Origin: an uncultured Gammaproteobacteria bacterium | GTDB lineage: Bacteria > Patescibacteriota > Patescibacteriia > Buchananbacterales > UBA6539 | Length of the DNA: 64,000 nt | Direction: 5' to 3' | NCBI GenBank assembly: GCA_964540635.1 | Contig: CAZINP010000001.1 | Span: 171,263-235,262, forward strand | The notes under the pieces: generated by a model | Told to the model about the DNA's origin: nothing | The model's database searches: none | What the model saw: only the letters and a program-made list of their open reading frames with translations | Position numbers and translations under genes: made by a program | Shown: piece by piece, positions 51,013 to 61,407 of the stretch | How positions within the stretch are numbered: position 1 is the stretch's first letter | Layout of the letters: each line of letters opens with the position of its first letter

Positions 51013-53544
51013 ATGGCTAAGCGCATCAAAAAAATTCTACCTAAGAAAAAGCAAGATCAAGATAAAGACCAAGCTAATCCTCAGCAAGGTTCTTTGCTGG
51101 CGCGCGAGGGCGTGGGCAGTTTAATTGACAGGCCGATTGTCGAAGAAATGCAGGAGTCTTATTTGGATTATGCCATGTCAGTAATTGTCAGCCGCGCCTT
51201 GCCGGATGTAAGAGATGGCATGAAGCCGGTTCACAGAAGAATTTTGTTTGCCATGTGGAGTATCGGTTTGAAGCCGGGCGCCAAATTTCGTAAATCCGCC
51301 ACAGTCGTCGGCGAAGTGTTGGGTAAATATCATCCTCATGGCGATCAGGCGGTTTATGATTCCATGGTCAGAATGGCCCAGGAATTTTCCATGCGCTACC
51401 CTTTAATCAAGGGTCAAGGTAATTTTGGCTCAATGGATGGCGATGGTGCTGCGGCTATGCGTTATACTGAGGCTAAACTTGGTAACATTTCCGAGGAACT
51501 ATTGTTTGATATAGAAAAAAACACGGTAAAGTTTATTCCTAACTACGACGGTTCTCACAAAGAGCCGACAGTTTTGCCGGCAAAATTGCCCAACCTTTTG
51601 ATTAACGGAACCATGGGTATTGCCGTTGGTATGGCTACCAGCATTGCTCCTCACAATCTTACGGAAGTGATTGACGGTACGGTTCACTTGATTGAAAATC
51701 CCGATGCAACGGTTGAAGATTTGACTAAGTTTGTTAAGGGTCCAGACTTTCCCACCGGCGGTATTATTTATAATGGCGAAGATATTAAACAAACTTACGC
51801 AACCGGCAAGGGTGGCGTTGTTTTAAGAGCAAAAGCCGAAATTGTTGAGGGCAAAGGGGAGACCTATAAAATTATCGTGACCGAAATTCCTTATCAGGTT
51901 AACAAGGCCACCTTGGTTGAGCGCATCGCGGAATTAGTCAGAGATAAAAAAATAGAAGGCATAAAAGATTTGCGCGATGAATCCAGCAAAGAAGGCGTCA
52001 GAGTCGTAATTGAATTAAAGAAAGACGCTTATCCCAAAAAGATCTTAAACAGTTTGTATAAGATGACTGATTTGCAGACGACTTTTCACTCAAATATGTT
52101 AGCTTTGGTTGACGGCATCCAGCCGCGCGTTTTGACCTTAAAGATGATTTTGGAAGAATACATTAAGCATCGTCAAGCCGTGGTTAGAGCCAGAATTGAA
52201 TACGATTTGACCAAAGCCAAAGACAGAGCTCATATTTTGCAGGGCTTGAAATTGGCACTGGCAAAGATTGATGAAATTATTAAGACCATCAAGCAATCAA
52301 AAGATAAAGATATCGCCAAGGTTAATTTGATTAAAAAATTCAAGCTTTCCGAGAGGCAAGCGGTGGCTATTTTGGAAATGCGTTTGCAGCAGCTGGCCAA
52401 TTTGGAAAGAATTAAAATTGAACAAGAGTTAAAAGAGAAGCTCGATTTAATTAAAGAGTTGGAATCAATTTTGAAATCAGCAGCCAAGATTTTAAATATC
52501 ATTAAAAAAGAACTTTTGGAAATCAAAGAGAAATATGGCGACGAGCGCCGCACCCAAATTGTTGCCTCGGGCGTCAAAGATTTTACCGCTGAAGATTTAA
52601 TTCCGGACGAAGAAACAATCGTCACGGTAACCAAGGACGGCTACATTAAACGTTTGCCGCCGGACACCTTTAAAACCCAAAGCCGTGGCGGCAAAGGCGT
52701 TTCCGGTTTGACAACCAAAGAAGAAGACATTGTTGAACATTTCTTTACGACCACGACGCATTCTGATATTTTATTTTTTACAACCAAGGGTCGGGTGTTC
52801 CAGCTTAAAGCCTACGACGTGCCCAAGGGTTCGCGCACGGCTAAGGGGCAGGCCATTGTTAACTTTTTGCAGCTAGCGCCGGATGAAAAAATTTCTGCCG
52901 CTTTACCGTTGTCAGAACTTGGTGATTATAAATTTTTAGTGATGGTTACAAACAATGGCAACATCAAGAAAGTAAACATTACGGATTTTGACAATATCAG
53001 ACGTTCCGGTTTGATTGCCATTAAGCTGAAAAAAACCGATGAGTTAAGGTGGGTTAAACCTTCAACCGGCAAAGATGATATCGTAATTGTCTCGGCCTTG
53101 GGTCAAGCTATTCGCTTTAGAGAATCGCAGGTCAGGCCGATGGGTCGCGGTGCATCTGGTGTTAGGGGTATTCGCTTAAAGAATCACGACGAAGTTGTTT
53201 CTTTGGATATCGTGGCGCCAGCCTTGGCTAGCGTCGGTCATTTATTGACGTTAATGGCCAATGGTTTTGGCAAGCGCACCGCTTTGAGTGCTTATAAAAC
53301 TCAAGGCCGCGGCGGTTCCGGCATAAAGACGGCCAAGATTACGCCAAAAACTGGCAATATTGTGGCGGCCACAGTGGTAAATTCAAAAGCCTTGGAAGAA
53401 GATATGATTATAATTTCAGCCAGCGGTCAGGTGATTCGCTTGCCTCTGAAATCCGTCAACATTGCCGGCCGACAAACCCAGGGCGTAAGGCTGATGAAAT
53501 TCAAGGCTGAAAGCGATAAGGTCGTATCCGCCACTTTCGTTTAA
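51013..53544 (+). CDS. gyrA: DNA gyrase subunit A
   Basis: [15 protein letters not shown], GyrA-box QSRGGKG, pinwheel repeats. Confidence 0.97.
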   Translation: MAKRIKKILPKKKQDQDKDQANPQQGSLLAREGVGSLIDRPIVEEMQESYLDYAMSVIVSRALPDVRDGMKPVHRRILFAMWSIGLKPGAKFRKSATVVGEVLGKYHPHGDQAVYDSMVRMAQEFSMRYPLIKGQGNFGSMDGDGAAAMRYTEAKLGNISEELLFDIEKNTVKFIPNYDGSHKEPTVLPAKLPNLLINGTMGIAVGMATSIAPHNLTEVIDGTVHLIENPDATVEDLTKFVKGPDFPTGGIIYNGEDIKQTYATGKGGVVLRAKAEIVEGKGETYKIIVTEIPYQVNKATLVERIAELVRDKKIEGIKDLRDESSKEGVRVVIELKKDAYPKKILNSLYKMTDLQTTFHSNMLALVDGIQPRVLTLKMILEEYIKHRQAVVRARIEYDLTKAKDRAHILQGLKLALAKIDEIIKTIKQSKDKDIAKVNLIKKFKLSERQAVAILEMRLQQLANLERIKIEQELKEKLDLIKELESILKSAAKILNIIKKELLEIKEKYGDERRTQIVASGVKDFTAEDLIPDEETIVTVTKDGYIKRLPPDTFKTQSRGGKGVSGLTTKEEDIVEHFFTTTTHSDILFFTTKGRVFQLKAYDVPKGSRTAKGQAIVNFLQLAPDEKISAALPLSELGDYKFLVMVTNNGNIKKVNITDFDNIRRSGLIAIKLKKTDELRWVKPSTGKDDIVIVSALGQAIRFRESQVRPMGRGASGVRGIRLKNHDEVVSLDIVAPALASVGHLLTLMANGFGKRTALSAYKTQGRGGSGIKTAKITPKTGNIVAATVVNSKALEEDMIIISASGQVIRLPLKSVNIAGRQTQGVRLMKFKAESDKVVSATFV

Positions 53545-53610
53545 AATTGCAAAATCGAAATATTTCAAGTAAAATTAAATAAGAATTTAAGAATAAAATA
53601 GAATAAATTT

Positions 53611-53808
53611 ATGCCAGTACCTCCAAAAAGAAGAAGCCAGTCAAAAGGCAAAAGAAACCGCTCACATGTCGCATTAAAGTCAGCTAATTTGGTAAAATGT
53701 CCAAAATGCGGCAAAAAGAAAATGCCACATCGTGTTTGCGCCAACTGTGGCACTTTCAAAGGCAGAGAAGTTGTTAAATTGAAAACTAAGAAAAAAACGA
53801 AGAAATAA
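53611..53808 (+). CDS. rpmF: 50S ribosomal protein L32
   Basis: MPVP, CPKCG...HRVC..CG. Confidence 0.95.
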   Translation: MPVPPKRRSQSKGKRNRSHVALKSANLVKCPKCGKKKMPHRVCANCGTFKGREVVKLKTKKKTKK

Positions 53809-53885
53809 TCGATTAGCCAGCCGGCTGGCAGAGTGACATTGATTTGTTGTCTGTTAGCTTGCTGGCTTAAAAAATATCTAAAACT

Positions 53886-54341
53886 ATGTCTAATCGCCAT
53901 TTAGCCAGAACCATTGCCCTACAAACTCTTTATCAGTGGGATTTTAATAACAAGCATATTGACCAGGATTTACCCGATTGCATCAAAAGAAATATTAAAG
54001 AATTTGCTCCGCAGTTTGATGATAAGGGATTTATCGATAATTTGGTTCAAGGTGTTATTGATAAGCAAAATGAAATTGATGGGTTGATTACCCGTTATGC
54101 GCCGGAGTGGCCGATTGAGCAAATCACCATGGTTGATAGAAATGTTTTGCGAATTGGAATTTATGAAATGAAATATGACAATGATATTCCGGAAAAAGTT
54201 GCGATTAACGAAGCAATTGAATTAGCCAAAACTTTTGGTGGTGAAAGTTCGGGCAAATTTGTAAACGGGGTTTTAGGCACAATATATAAAGAGATGGTTG
54301 GCACGCAAGATTCCAAAGATAAATCAAAAGAAACTAATTAA
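53886..54341 (+). CDS. nusB: Transcription antitermination factor NusB
   Basis: [28 protein letters not shown]. Confidence 0.95.
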   Translation: MSNRHLARTIALQTLYQWDFNNKHIDQDLPDCIKRNIKEFAPQFDDKGFIDNLVQGVIDKQNEIDGLITRYAPEWPIEQITMVDRNVLRIGIYEMKYDNDIPEKVAINEAIELAKTFGGESSGKFVNGVLGTIYKEMVGTQDSKDKSKETN

Positions 54342-54422
54342 ATTAATTAATTATCCTGGCAGGCGCTAGGAAATCGGCATATTAATATTTAATATCTCGA
54401 TTTCTCTTCGCCTCACTAAATT

Positions 54423-55115
54423 ATGAAAGATTTTTCCAAACTTGAAAAAACCATTAAGGTAAAATTTAAAAATGATCAATTGTTAAAGCAAGCCTTTGTC
54501 CATCGTTCATATTTGAATGAAAACCCAAGTTTTGAACTTGATCACAATGAAAGGCTTGAATTTTTGGGTGATGCGGTTTTAGAGCTTATCGTGACTGATT
54601 ATCTCTACAATAATTACCCCAATCCAGAGGGAGAACTGACAAACTGGCGCGCCAGTTTGGTTAACTCGCAAATGCTTTCCAGTATTGCCAAAAAAATCAA
54701 CCTTGAAGATTATCTTTATTTAAGCAAAGGTGAATCAAAAGATAAAAACTCCAAGGCGCGCGGTTACATTTTGGCCAACGCCTTTGAAGCCTTGATTGGC
54801 GGTATATACCTTGATCAGGGATACGAGTCAGCTAAAAGTTTTATCCATGAATTTTTATTGCCGGAATTACCTCACATCTTATCCGAGCATTTATATATTG
54901 ATCCAAAAAGCAAATTTCAGGAACTTGCTCAAGAGAAAATGGGCATTACCCCAAACTATAAAGTTTTAAGCGAAAGCGGGCCGGATCATGCCAAGGAATT
55001 TGAAATTGGGGTTTATTTGGAAGACGAATTAATTGCTTCCGGTAAGGGTACCAGCAAGCAGGAAGCGCAAATTAATGCCGCGGCTGAAGGCTTAAAGGTT
55101 AAAAATTGGATTTAA
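54423..55115 (+). CDS. rnc: Ribonuclease III
   Basis: NERLEFLGDAVL, C-terminal dsRBD. Confidence 0.96.
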   Translation: MKDFSKLEKTIKVKFKNDQLLKQAFVHRSYLNENPSFELDHNERLEFLGDAVLELIVTDYLYNNYPNPEGELTNWRASLVNSQMLSSIAKKINLEDYLYLSKGESKDKNSKARGYILANAFEALIGGIYLDQGYESAKSFIHEFLLPELPHILSEHLYIDPKSKFQELAQEKMGITPNYKVLSESGPDHAKEFEIGVYLEDELIASGKGTSKQEAQINAAAEGLKVKNWI

Positions 55116-55203
55116 ATTTTTGACAATCGTGGTATAAATTTGAGTTTAATGTGCCGTGACGTGAAATTAATAGGAGGAATAAAAATTAAAAATATAGTTT
55201 ACT

Positions 55204-56247
55204 ATGACAATCGACGAATTATTTAAAACAGCAGTGCAACAAAAAGCTTCCGATCTGCATATTATTGTCGGCATGTCTCCAACTTTGAGAATTGACGGCG
55301 AGTTATCGCCAATAAAGGGAACGCCAAAGCTGACAAACAAGTCGGCTCAAGATCTGCTTTCTCCATTAATGACTCAAAAGCAGAAGGATATTTTTATGGT
55401 TCAGAAAGAACTTGACCTTTCCTATGAAATAAAAACCGGCGAACGTTTTCGCGTCAATCTGCATTGGGAAAAGGAAAATATCGGCATGGTTGCCAGGGTT
55501 ATCTCTTCTGAAATTCCAACCATGGAAGATATTCTTATGCCCAAGGTAGCCTATGACTTGTTAAAACTTAATCAAGGCTTGGTTTTAGTTACCGGCCCAA
55601 CCGGCTGCGGTAAATCCACAACTTTAGCGGCGATGGTTGATTATGTTAATAAAAATCGTTCGGCCAATGTTATTACCCTTGAAGATCCGATTGAATTTAT
55701 TTTTAAGCCGATTAAGAGTATTATCAAACAACGCCAGCTTCACACGGATATGATTTCTTTTTCCTCGGCCTTAGTTCATGTTTTGCGCCAAGATCCGAAT
55801 GTGATTATGGTCGGTGAGATGAGAAATTTGGAAACAATTGCGGCCACCATCACTTTGGCTGAAACTGGCCACTTGGTTCTTGGGACGCTACATACTCACA
55901 ATGCCGCTCAAACCATTGATCGTATCATTGATATTTTTCCTGCCCACCAACAACAACAGATTCGTTTGCAGCTTTCAATGACGCTAAAGGCGGTAATTTC
56001 TCAGCAATTAATCCCACAAAAGGAAGGCAAGGGGAGAATTGCTGCCAGAGAAATTTTGTTAAATAATCCGGCTGTTTCTAATTTGATTCGTGAAAATAAG
56101 ATTGCTCAAATCAGGACCGTAATTCAAACCAGCGCCGATGAAGGAATGATTAGCATGGATCAAGACTTAATCAATCTTTACAATAAGGGCGCGGTGAGTA
56201 AGGAGTCGGCTCAGGGCCATATGTTAAACCCAGAATTTTTACGATAG
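55204..56247 (+). CDS. pilT: Pilus retraction ATPase PilT
   Basis: ASDLH, GPTGCGKSTT, AETGHLV, NLIRE. Confidence 0.92.
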   Translation: MTIDELFKTAVQQKASDLHIIVGMSPTLRIDGELSPIKGTPKLTNKSAQDLLSPLMTQKQKDIFMVQKELDLSYEIKTGERFRVNLHWEKENIGMVARVISSEIPTMEDILMPKVAYDLLKLNQGLVLVTGPTGCGKSTTLAAMVDYVNKNRSANVITLEDPIEFIFKPIKSIIKQRQLHTDMISFSSALVHVLRQDPNVIMVGEMRNLETIAATITLAETGHLVLGTLHTHNAAQTIDRIIDIFPAHQQQQIRLQLSMTLKAVISQQLIPQKEGKGRIAAREILLNNPAVSNLIRENKIAQIRTVIQTSADEGMISMDQDLINLYNKGAVSKESAQGHMLNPEFLR

Positions 56248-56272
56248 ATTGGCATATTCCCGAATTATATTT

Positions 56273-56345
56273 GCACCCGTAGCTCAATGGATAGAGCACT
56301 TGGCTTCGGACCAAGGGGTTGTGGGTTCGAGTCCTACCGGGTGCG
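56273..56345 (+). tRNA. tRNA-Arg (TCG)
   Basis: GCACCCG/CGGGTGC acceptor, cttgg-CTTCGGA-ccaag anticodon arm, GGTTCGAGTCC. Confidence 0.95.
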
Positions 56346-56391
56346 GTTATAATTCGGGAACACCAATAAAGCTATAATTAACATAAAAAAT

Positions 56392-56796
56392 ATGTCTTTA
56401 CCTTGGAAAAAGGAATATGAACTCGGCATCGAAATAATTGATACGCAGCACAAAGAATTTGTTCAAGCTTTGAATAATTTATATCTGGCTATTGGAGAAG
56501 GGAATGTCAAAGAAAAAATATATGAAATTCTTAGCGAAATTCAGCAGTATGTTGATTTGCATTTTCAAACCGAAGAAAATTATTTTGACGAATTTGAATA
56601 TGAGGGAGCGGCTGAGCATAAGATGAAACATCAGGAGTTTAGAGATAAATTTGCTGAAATAAAAGAGAAGTATAAGAATGATGAACTCGCAATGACTTTT
56701 GAATTAACCGATTTTATGGAAGACTGGCTTTTGGATCACTTGGTGGCTATGGATAAAAAATATGTTACCTGTTTTAAAGAACACGGACTGAAATAA
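56392..56796 (+). CDS. Bacteriohemerythrin
   Basis: ID.QH, HF..EE, H...H, WL..H....D. Confidence 0.92.
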   Translation: MSLPWKKEYELGIEIIDTQHKEFVQALNNLYLAIGEGNVKEKIYEILSEIQQYVDLHFQTEENYFDEFEYEGAAEHKMKHQEFRDKFAEIKEKYKNDELAMTFELTDFMEDWLLDHLVAMDKKYVTCFKEHGLK

Positions 56797-56838
56797 GAAA
56801 ATAAAAAAACATCCCGATCAATCGGGATGTTTTTTTAT

Positions 56839-57183
56839 TTATTCGGTAATTTCTGGTTCACTTGGGGCTTGGGCTGCTTCTTCGGTTTTTTCAACTTTTG
56901 CTCCCTTGCCCTTCAAAGCTTCTTTTAAATTTTTTCCGGCCTTGAACTTTGGCACTTTGACCGGAGGAATATCGATTTTTTCAGAGGGATTTCTGGGGTT
57001 AACGCCAATTCTGCCTTTTCTGGTTCTGGCTGAAAATGCGCCGAAACCGGTTAGAGTAACTTCGTCGCCGCCATTAATTTTTTCAGTGATAGTGTCAAGC
57101 ATAACATCAATTATATCTTCAACTTCCTTTTTGGTAACATTGGTCTTTTGACTTATTGCTTCAATGAGTTCAGCTTTGTTCAT
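56839..57183 (-). CDS. hup: HU family DNA-binding protein (second copy)
   Basis: MNKAELI, GFG.F, R.G.NP, PKFKAGK.LK. Confidence 0.92.
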   Translation of the reverse strand: MNKAELIEAISQKTNVTKKEVEDIIDVMLDTITEKINGGDEVTLTGFGAFSARTRKGRIGVNPRNPSEKIDIPPVKVPKFKAGKNLKEALKGKGAKVEKTEEAAQAPSEPEITE

Positions 57184-57238
57184 ATTTTTTCTCCTTTCAG
57201 CGCCAAATTGCGCTTATTACTTAGGCAATTTTATTTTA

Positions 57239-58033
57239 CTAAATTAAGACAAATTTGTCCACCCTCTGTATTTCTTTGGCCAATTTAGTATTCGGGTCAA
57301 AATCTATTAGAATGGCATTTACTTGAGCATAACCGTTTTCCGGTATTTCAATTATATTGCCGGTTTGATTTAGGAAGTTCTTAATGATTTGGTCTTTTGA
57401 AACGCCAATAACCGAATCTCTTGCACCCACCATGCCAACATCAGAAACAAAAGCGGTTCCTTGAGTTAAAATTTTGGCATCAGCAGTCGGAACGTGAGTG
57501 TGTGTGCCCAAAACTGCCGTCACCCGACCATCGGCATACCAGCCAAGAGCGGTTTTTTCGGAAGTGGCTTCGGCGTGGAAATCAACAATGATGCCGGCAA
57601 TTTTATTCAGGTCAACTTTTTTTAAAATTTCATCAAGCTTTCTGAACGGATCATCAAATTGTTCACGAATGAAAACGCGGCCCATTAAATTGATTAAGAG
57701 AATATTTCTGGATCCGACAGAAAAGATGCGGTATTCACTTCCGGGCACGCTAGCCGGATAATTGGCCGGACGAATTATTTTACTGTTTGGTGAGTTTAGA
57801 ATTTCTTCCGCTTCCGGCTTGCCGAAGGCATGATTGCCTGACGTAAAAAAATCAATGCCGGCAGCCGATAGTTCATCAAGAATTTTTTGAGTAAATCCAA
57901 TGCCATGAGCTGAGTTTTCCGCATTGGCCACAATAAAATCCGGCTGATATTCAGCTTTTAATTCCGGCAATATTTTTGCAATGGCTTGTCGGCCAATTCG
58001 TCCGACAATGTCGCCAAAAAACAGAAACTTCAT
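57239..58033 (-). CDS. ymdB: YmdB-like metallophosphoesterase (TIGR00282)
   Basis: GDIVG, NAEN, GNH, DFHAEATSEK, GTHTHV; likely start at the MKFLFFGD Met. Confidence 0.9.
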   Translation of the reverse strand: MKFLFFGDIVGRIGRQAIAKILPELKAEYQPDFIVANAENSAHGIGFTQKILDELSAAGIDFFTSGNHAFGKPEAEEILNSPNSKIIRPANYPASVPGSEYRIFSVGSRNILLINLMGRVFIREQFDDPFRKLDEILKKVDLNKIAGIIVDFHAEATSEKTALGWYADGRVTAVLGTHTHVPTADAKILTQGTAFVSDVGMVGARDSVIGVSKDQIIKNFLNQTGNIIEIPENGYAQVNAILIDFDPNTKLAKEIQRVDKFVLI

Positions 58034-58037
58034 ATTT

Positions 58038-59564
58038 TTAGCGGGCGTATTCAACGATTCTTTTCTCTCTGATTAGAGTTACTTTTATTTCACCCGGATA
58101 TTTTAATTCTTCCTCAATTTTTTTTGCAATTTCTTTGGCCAATTTAATGGAGGCCAAATCATCAAGTTCTTCGGGCATTACAAAGACGCGGATTTCGCGG
58201 CCGGCTTGAATGGCGTAAGCTTTTTCCACGCCGCTAAAGGTTGTGGCCACCTTTTCCAATTCTTCCAAGCGTTGGAGATATTGTTCATAGGTGTCTTTTC
58301 TGGCTCCTGGTCTGGCACCGGAAATGGCGTCAGCCACCTTAACGATGATTGCTTCCAAAGTTTTTGGACTATCATCGTGATGAGATCTGGCGATGTAAGC
58401 GATCTCTTCGGGCAAGCCGAATTTCTTTAAAATGTCATAGCCAATCTCGGGGTGAGTGCCTTGAACCTCGTGGTCAACGGCCTTACCGATATCGTGCAAT
58501 AAACCGCCTTTTTTGGCGATGGTTACATCAGCACCAAGCTCTTCGGCCAATAGCGCAGAGATGTGAGCAATTTCAATTGAGTGCTGCAAGATATTTTGAC
58601 CATAACTGGTGCGGTATTTTAAACGACCGACAATTTGAACCAGCTTTGGGTCAAGTCCGGTAATGCCTAATTCGTAGGTTGTATTTTCACCCGCGTTTTT
58701 AATTTCAAGGGCGATTTCTTTTTTCGCATTTTCAATCGCTTCTTCAATTTTTACCGGATGAATTCTGCCGTCGGTAATCAATTTTTCCAAAGCCTTTTTC
58801 GCCACCTGGCGTCTGATGGGTGAAAAGCCGGAAACGGTAATGGCCTGAGGCGTATCATCAACGATAATTTCTACGCCGGTTAAGCGCTCAATTGTTCTGA
58901 TATTTCTGCCTTCACGACCGATTATTCTGCCCTTCATTTCATCAGAGGGCAAATCAATAACTGAGGTTGTTGTCTCGGTAGCGTGGGAAACCGCGCAGCG
59001 CTGAATAGCCAAAGAAAGCATTTCTTTGGCTTTTTTATCCAGGTCTTCTGCGGCCACCTGATTTAATTTTTTGTATCTAACAACCAAGTCATCTTTAATT
59101 TCTCGTTCGGTGTTATCAAGCAAAACTTTTTTAGCCTCGTCTTTTGAGAGGCCGGCAATTTTTTCCAGTTTTGCCATTTGCTCTTCTTTGATTTTGGAAA
59201 TTTCAGTTTTAACCTTATCAATTCTTTCCGCTTTATCGAGCAAGTCTTGTTTTTTATTTTCCAATTCAAGCAATTTTTGATCAAAAAGCGCTTCGCGTCC
59301 TTCCAGTCTTTTTTGAGAGCGGTTTAATTCTTGCTGTCTTTGGCGTTCTTCAACCTTGGCTTCCTCAATAATTTTAAGAGCTTTGTCATTGGCGGCCAAT
59401 AAAATTTCTTTTTGTTTGGCCTTGGCGTCGTTGATCAAGTTTTCAACCTTGGCTTCAATGGAATCTCTTTTCTTGATGGCATACAGTTTTCGCAACTGGT
59501 AGCCGCCGATGCTGCCGACCACGGCGGTCAAAATTACAGCACCGATCCAAATAAATGTATACAT
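58038..59564 (-). CDS. rny: Ribonuclease Y
   Basis: N-terminal TM, coiled coil, KH 'GRIIGREGRNIR', HD 'LLHDIGK'. Confidence 0.97.
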   Translation of the reverse strand: MYTFIWIGAVILTAVVGSIGGYQLRKLYAIKKRDSIEAKVENLINDAKAKQKEILLAANDKALKIIEEAKVEERQRQQELNRSQKRLEGREALFDQKLLELENKKQDLLDKAERIDKVKTEISKIKEEQMAKLEKIAGLSKDEAKKVLLDNTEREIKDDLVVRYKKLNQVAAEDLDKKAKEMLSLAIQRCAVSHATETTTSVIDLPSDEMKGRIIGREGRNIRTIERLTGVEIIVDDTPQAITVSGFSPIRRQVAKKALEKLITDGRIHPVKIEEAIENAKKEIALEIKNAGENTTYELGITGLDPKLVQIVGRLKYRTSYGQNILQHSIEIAHISALLAEELGADVTIAKKGGLLHDIGKAVDHEVQGTHPEIGYDILKKFGLPEEIAYIARSHHDDSPKTLEAIIVKVADAISGARPGARKDTYEQYLQRLEELEKVATTFSGVEKAYAIQAGREIRVFVMPEELDDLASIKLAKEIAKKIEEELKYPGEIKVTLIREKRIVEYAR

Positions 59565-59583
59565 AAAAATCTATCTCTATGAA

Positions 59584-59812
59584 GATAGAAAATTAGTTTT
59601 TAATTGGAGCGGCTTATGTGTAAATTGCACTTAAGCCTTGAAGATATGAAATCAGGCTCAGTAAAATTACTGAGTGAATGAGTGCAAGCTAATTTTTCCG
59701 CAAGGGAAAAGGGAGTTATTTTTCACGTTTTTGGGAAAGTAATGGGGGAAATATAGCTTTTTTCCGACTGATCTGGAATCTCTTGCTCCAAACTGCTAAT
59801 TTTCTATATCCA
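59584..59812 (-). ncRNA. Structured leader or ncRNA upstream of rny (6S RNA candidate by position)
   Basis: TTGCCA-17-TAATAT promoter; the ends pair (tagaaaattag/ttggagc with gctccaa/ctaattttcta); internal hairpins. Confidence 0.4.
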
Positions 59813-59951
59813 ATTTAGTTAATTACTTATTTACGATATTAGCACAAAAATGCGATTTTGGCAAGGGTTAAAATTAAGCAGAAAATTGAGTTTTTTTAAA
59901 TAAAAAAAGGGAGAGCAGAGCTTCCCTTTGGGTGTTTTTTGGCCAGCTGCT

Positions 59952-60230
59952 TTAAACCGTCGTGTTGAGCGGTCCGGTTAGAGCAAGGCCGGCGACCTCG
60001 GTTTTATGCCGGCAAGCCGGGCATTTGTGGTTTTCATTTATGAACCACAAATAGATGATTTGACCGCAAGAGCGGCAGGTGCCCTCACCTTCAAAGAGCT
60101 CAAAGACAAGGTCGTTTTTCGTCAGCGCCCTGCGGCAAGCCGGGCAGGAATGCCACAGGTTAACGTACCATTGGTAGATGATTTGGCCGCAGTGCGGGCA
60201 AAATGCCTCGCCGCGATTCAAGGTGGTCAT
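59952..60230 (-). CDS. Orphan double zinc-ribbon protein (four CxxC, internal duplication)
   Basis: CPHCGQIIY.W...H.CPACR repeated twice; GGAGG SD. Confidence 0.75.
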   Translation of the reverse strand: MTTLNRGEAFCPHCGQIIYQWYVNLWHSCPACRRALTKNDLVFELFEGEGTCRSCGQIIYLWFINENHKCPACRHKTEVAGLALTGPLNTTV

Positions 60231-60320
60231 GGCTTATCCTCCATGGTTATTGCCAAAAAACGTTTTATGCAAAGATCTAAAAAAGCCAACCTTTTTGGGG
60301 AAGAGATTGGCTTTTTTAGA

Positions 60321-60350
60321 CCAAAAAAACTCTTGGGCAAGAGTCTTTTT
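60321..60350 (-). terminator. Expression-platform terminator after the riboswitch
   Basis: actcttg/caagagt hairpin + T-tract; a second hairpin + T-tract at about 60278-60318. Confidence 0.7.
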
Positions 60351-60357
60351 CATCTTT

Positions 60358-60476
60358 GTTATCTTCCCCTTATTTGTTTGCGTAAAGCAAACGGGCTGAA
60401 TTTAGCACCAATCCCATGGGGACGGTTGCCGGCTGCCATTGGGTCAGTTCCCTTAGCAAGCAGCACTCTTGATAAC
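60358..60476 (-). promoter_or_regulatory. SAM-I (S-box) riboswitch
   Basis: TTATCAAGAG...AGGGAACTGACCCAATG...CCGGCAACC...GGTGCTAAATTC...GAAGATAA with gttatc/gataac P1. Confidence 0.88.
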
Positions 60477-60526
60477 CTCTTTGTTGTTAATGTATAAAAA
60501 TATTTTAGAGCAAAGACAATGATTTG

Positions 60527-61042
60527 TCAAATTGCTTCGTTTATTGTTATCCAGTAGTGGCAGGTGTCAGCTTTTGTATCTTCAAGCTTTCCGCCGCAGC
60601 TTTCAATTACCTTTTGGGAGGCAATATTTTTTTTATCGCAAGTTAATAATGCTTGATTGACACCAATTTTAAGCAATTCATTCAGAGTTAAGTTTAATAT
60701 CTTTTTGCCGTAACCCAAATTTCGTTTATCTTTTCTTATCCCATAGCCAATGTGCCCGCCCCTGGCTTTTAGACTCTCGGTAAGGGCATGACGCATTTTG
60801 GAATAGCCAATAACTTCGTTGTCCTCAAAAAGCCAAAATACGGTTTGGGCGACTTTCCCGGGCTCTGGCTTTGTTGCGCCTTCATATAACTTTTGTATAT
60901 AATCGGCAAAATCTTCCATGGTCATGCCAAAACCGTTATTGATAAAGCCGTTTTCGTTTTTATCAATTCCTTGCATCATATCCCAGATTCGCTTGTCGTT
61001 TTTATCTGAGAGTGAAATTTTTTTTAGATAGCATGGAGACAT
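60527..61042 (-). CDS. GNAT family N-acetyltransferase
   Basis: GGHIGYGIR...R..GYG, N.AS.KVIE..GG. Confidence 0.9.
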   Translation of the reverse strand: MSPCYLKKISLSDKNDKRIWDMMQGIDKNENGFINNGFGMTMEDFADYIQKLYEGATKPEPGKVAQTVFWLFEDNEVIGYSKMRHALTESLKARGGHIGYGIRKDKRNLGYGKKILNLTLNELLKIGVNQALLTCDKKNIASQKVIESCGGKLEDTKADTCHYWITINEAI

Positions 61043-61044
61043 TT

Positions 61045-61407
61045 TTATTTGAGATAAATAATTTTTTTAGGTGTTAGCAAAATTGTGCCTTTGGCCGGCA
61101 GGTTGGAATTTTCTTTCATTTTTTTAACGTAATCTTGCCATTTGCCCTGACTATAATATTTCGCTTGGCCGATAATTTTTATTCCAAACCAGTTTTTATC
61201 CCAAACAGCTAAACAAACGCGTGGATTATTTAAAATATTTTTTCTGGTTTGAGCCATGTAATTATCGGTAATGATAATTTTTTCGTCAGAAGCGATTTTT
61301 AGAAAGGCCACGACGCTAATATTGGGTCGGTTTTTTGAATCGGTTGTGGCAAGAGCGGCCGGGTTATTTAGTATAAGTTTTTTTATTTTTGAATCAAGTT
61401 TCTGCAT
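61045..61407 (-). CDS. Pyridoxamine 5'-phosphate oxidase-like FMN-binding protein
   Basis: LAT.....PN, T..NI..NP.V. Confidence 0.85.
   Translation of the reverse strand: MQKLDSKIKKLILNNPAALATTDSKNRPNISVVAFLKIASDEKIIITDNYMAQTRKNILNNPRVCLAVWDKNWFGIKIIGQAKYYSQGKWQDYVKKMKENSNLPAKGTILLTPKKIIYLK

Noticed and set aside
51013-53544. parC instead of gyrA
   Set aside because: An intact GyrA-box (QSRGGKG) is present
26968-56838. Recurring aaaaatcccgc...gcgggattttt hairpins (about 26970, 37680, 38510, 56805) as a mobile repeat
   Set aside because: Short, loop-variable and located at gene ends; ordinary intrinsic terminators
60006-60497. 163-aa plus-strand ORF
   Set aside because: Antisense to the SAM-I riboswitch and the zinc-ribbon gene
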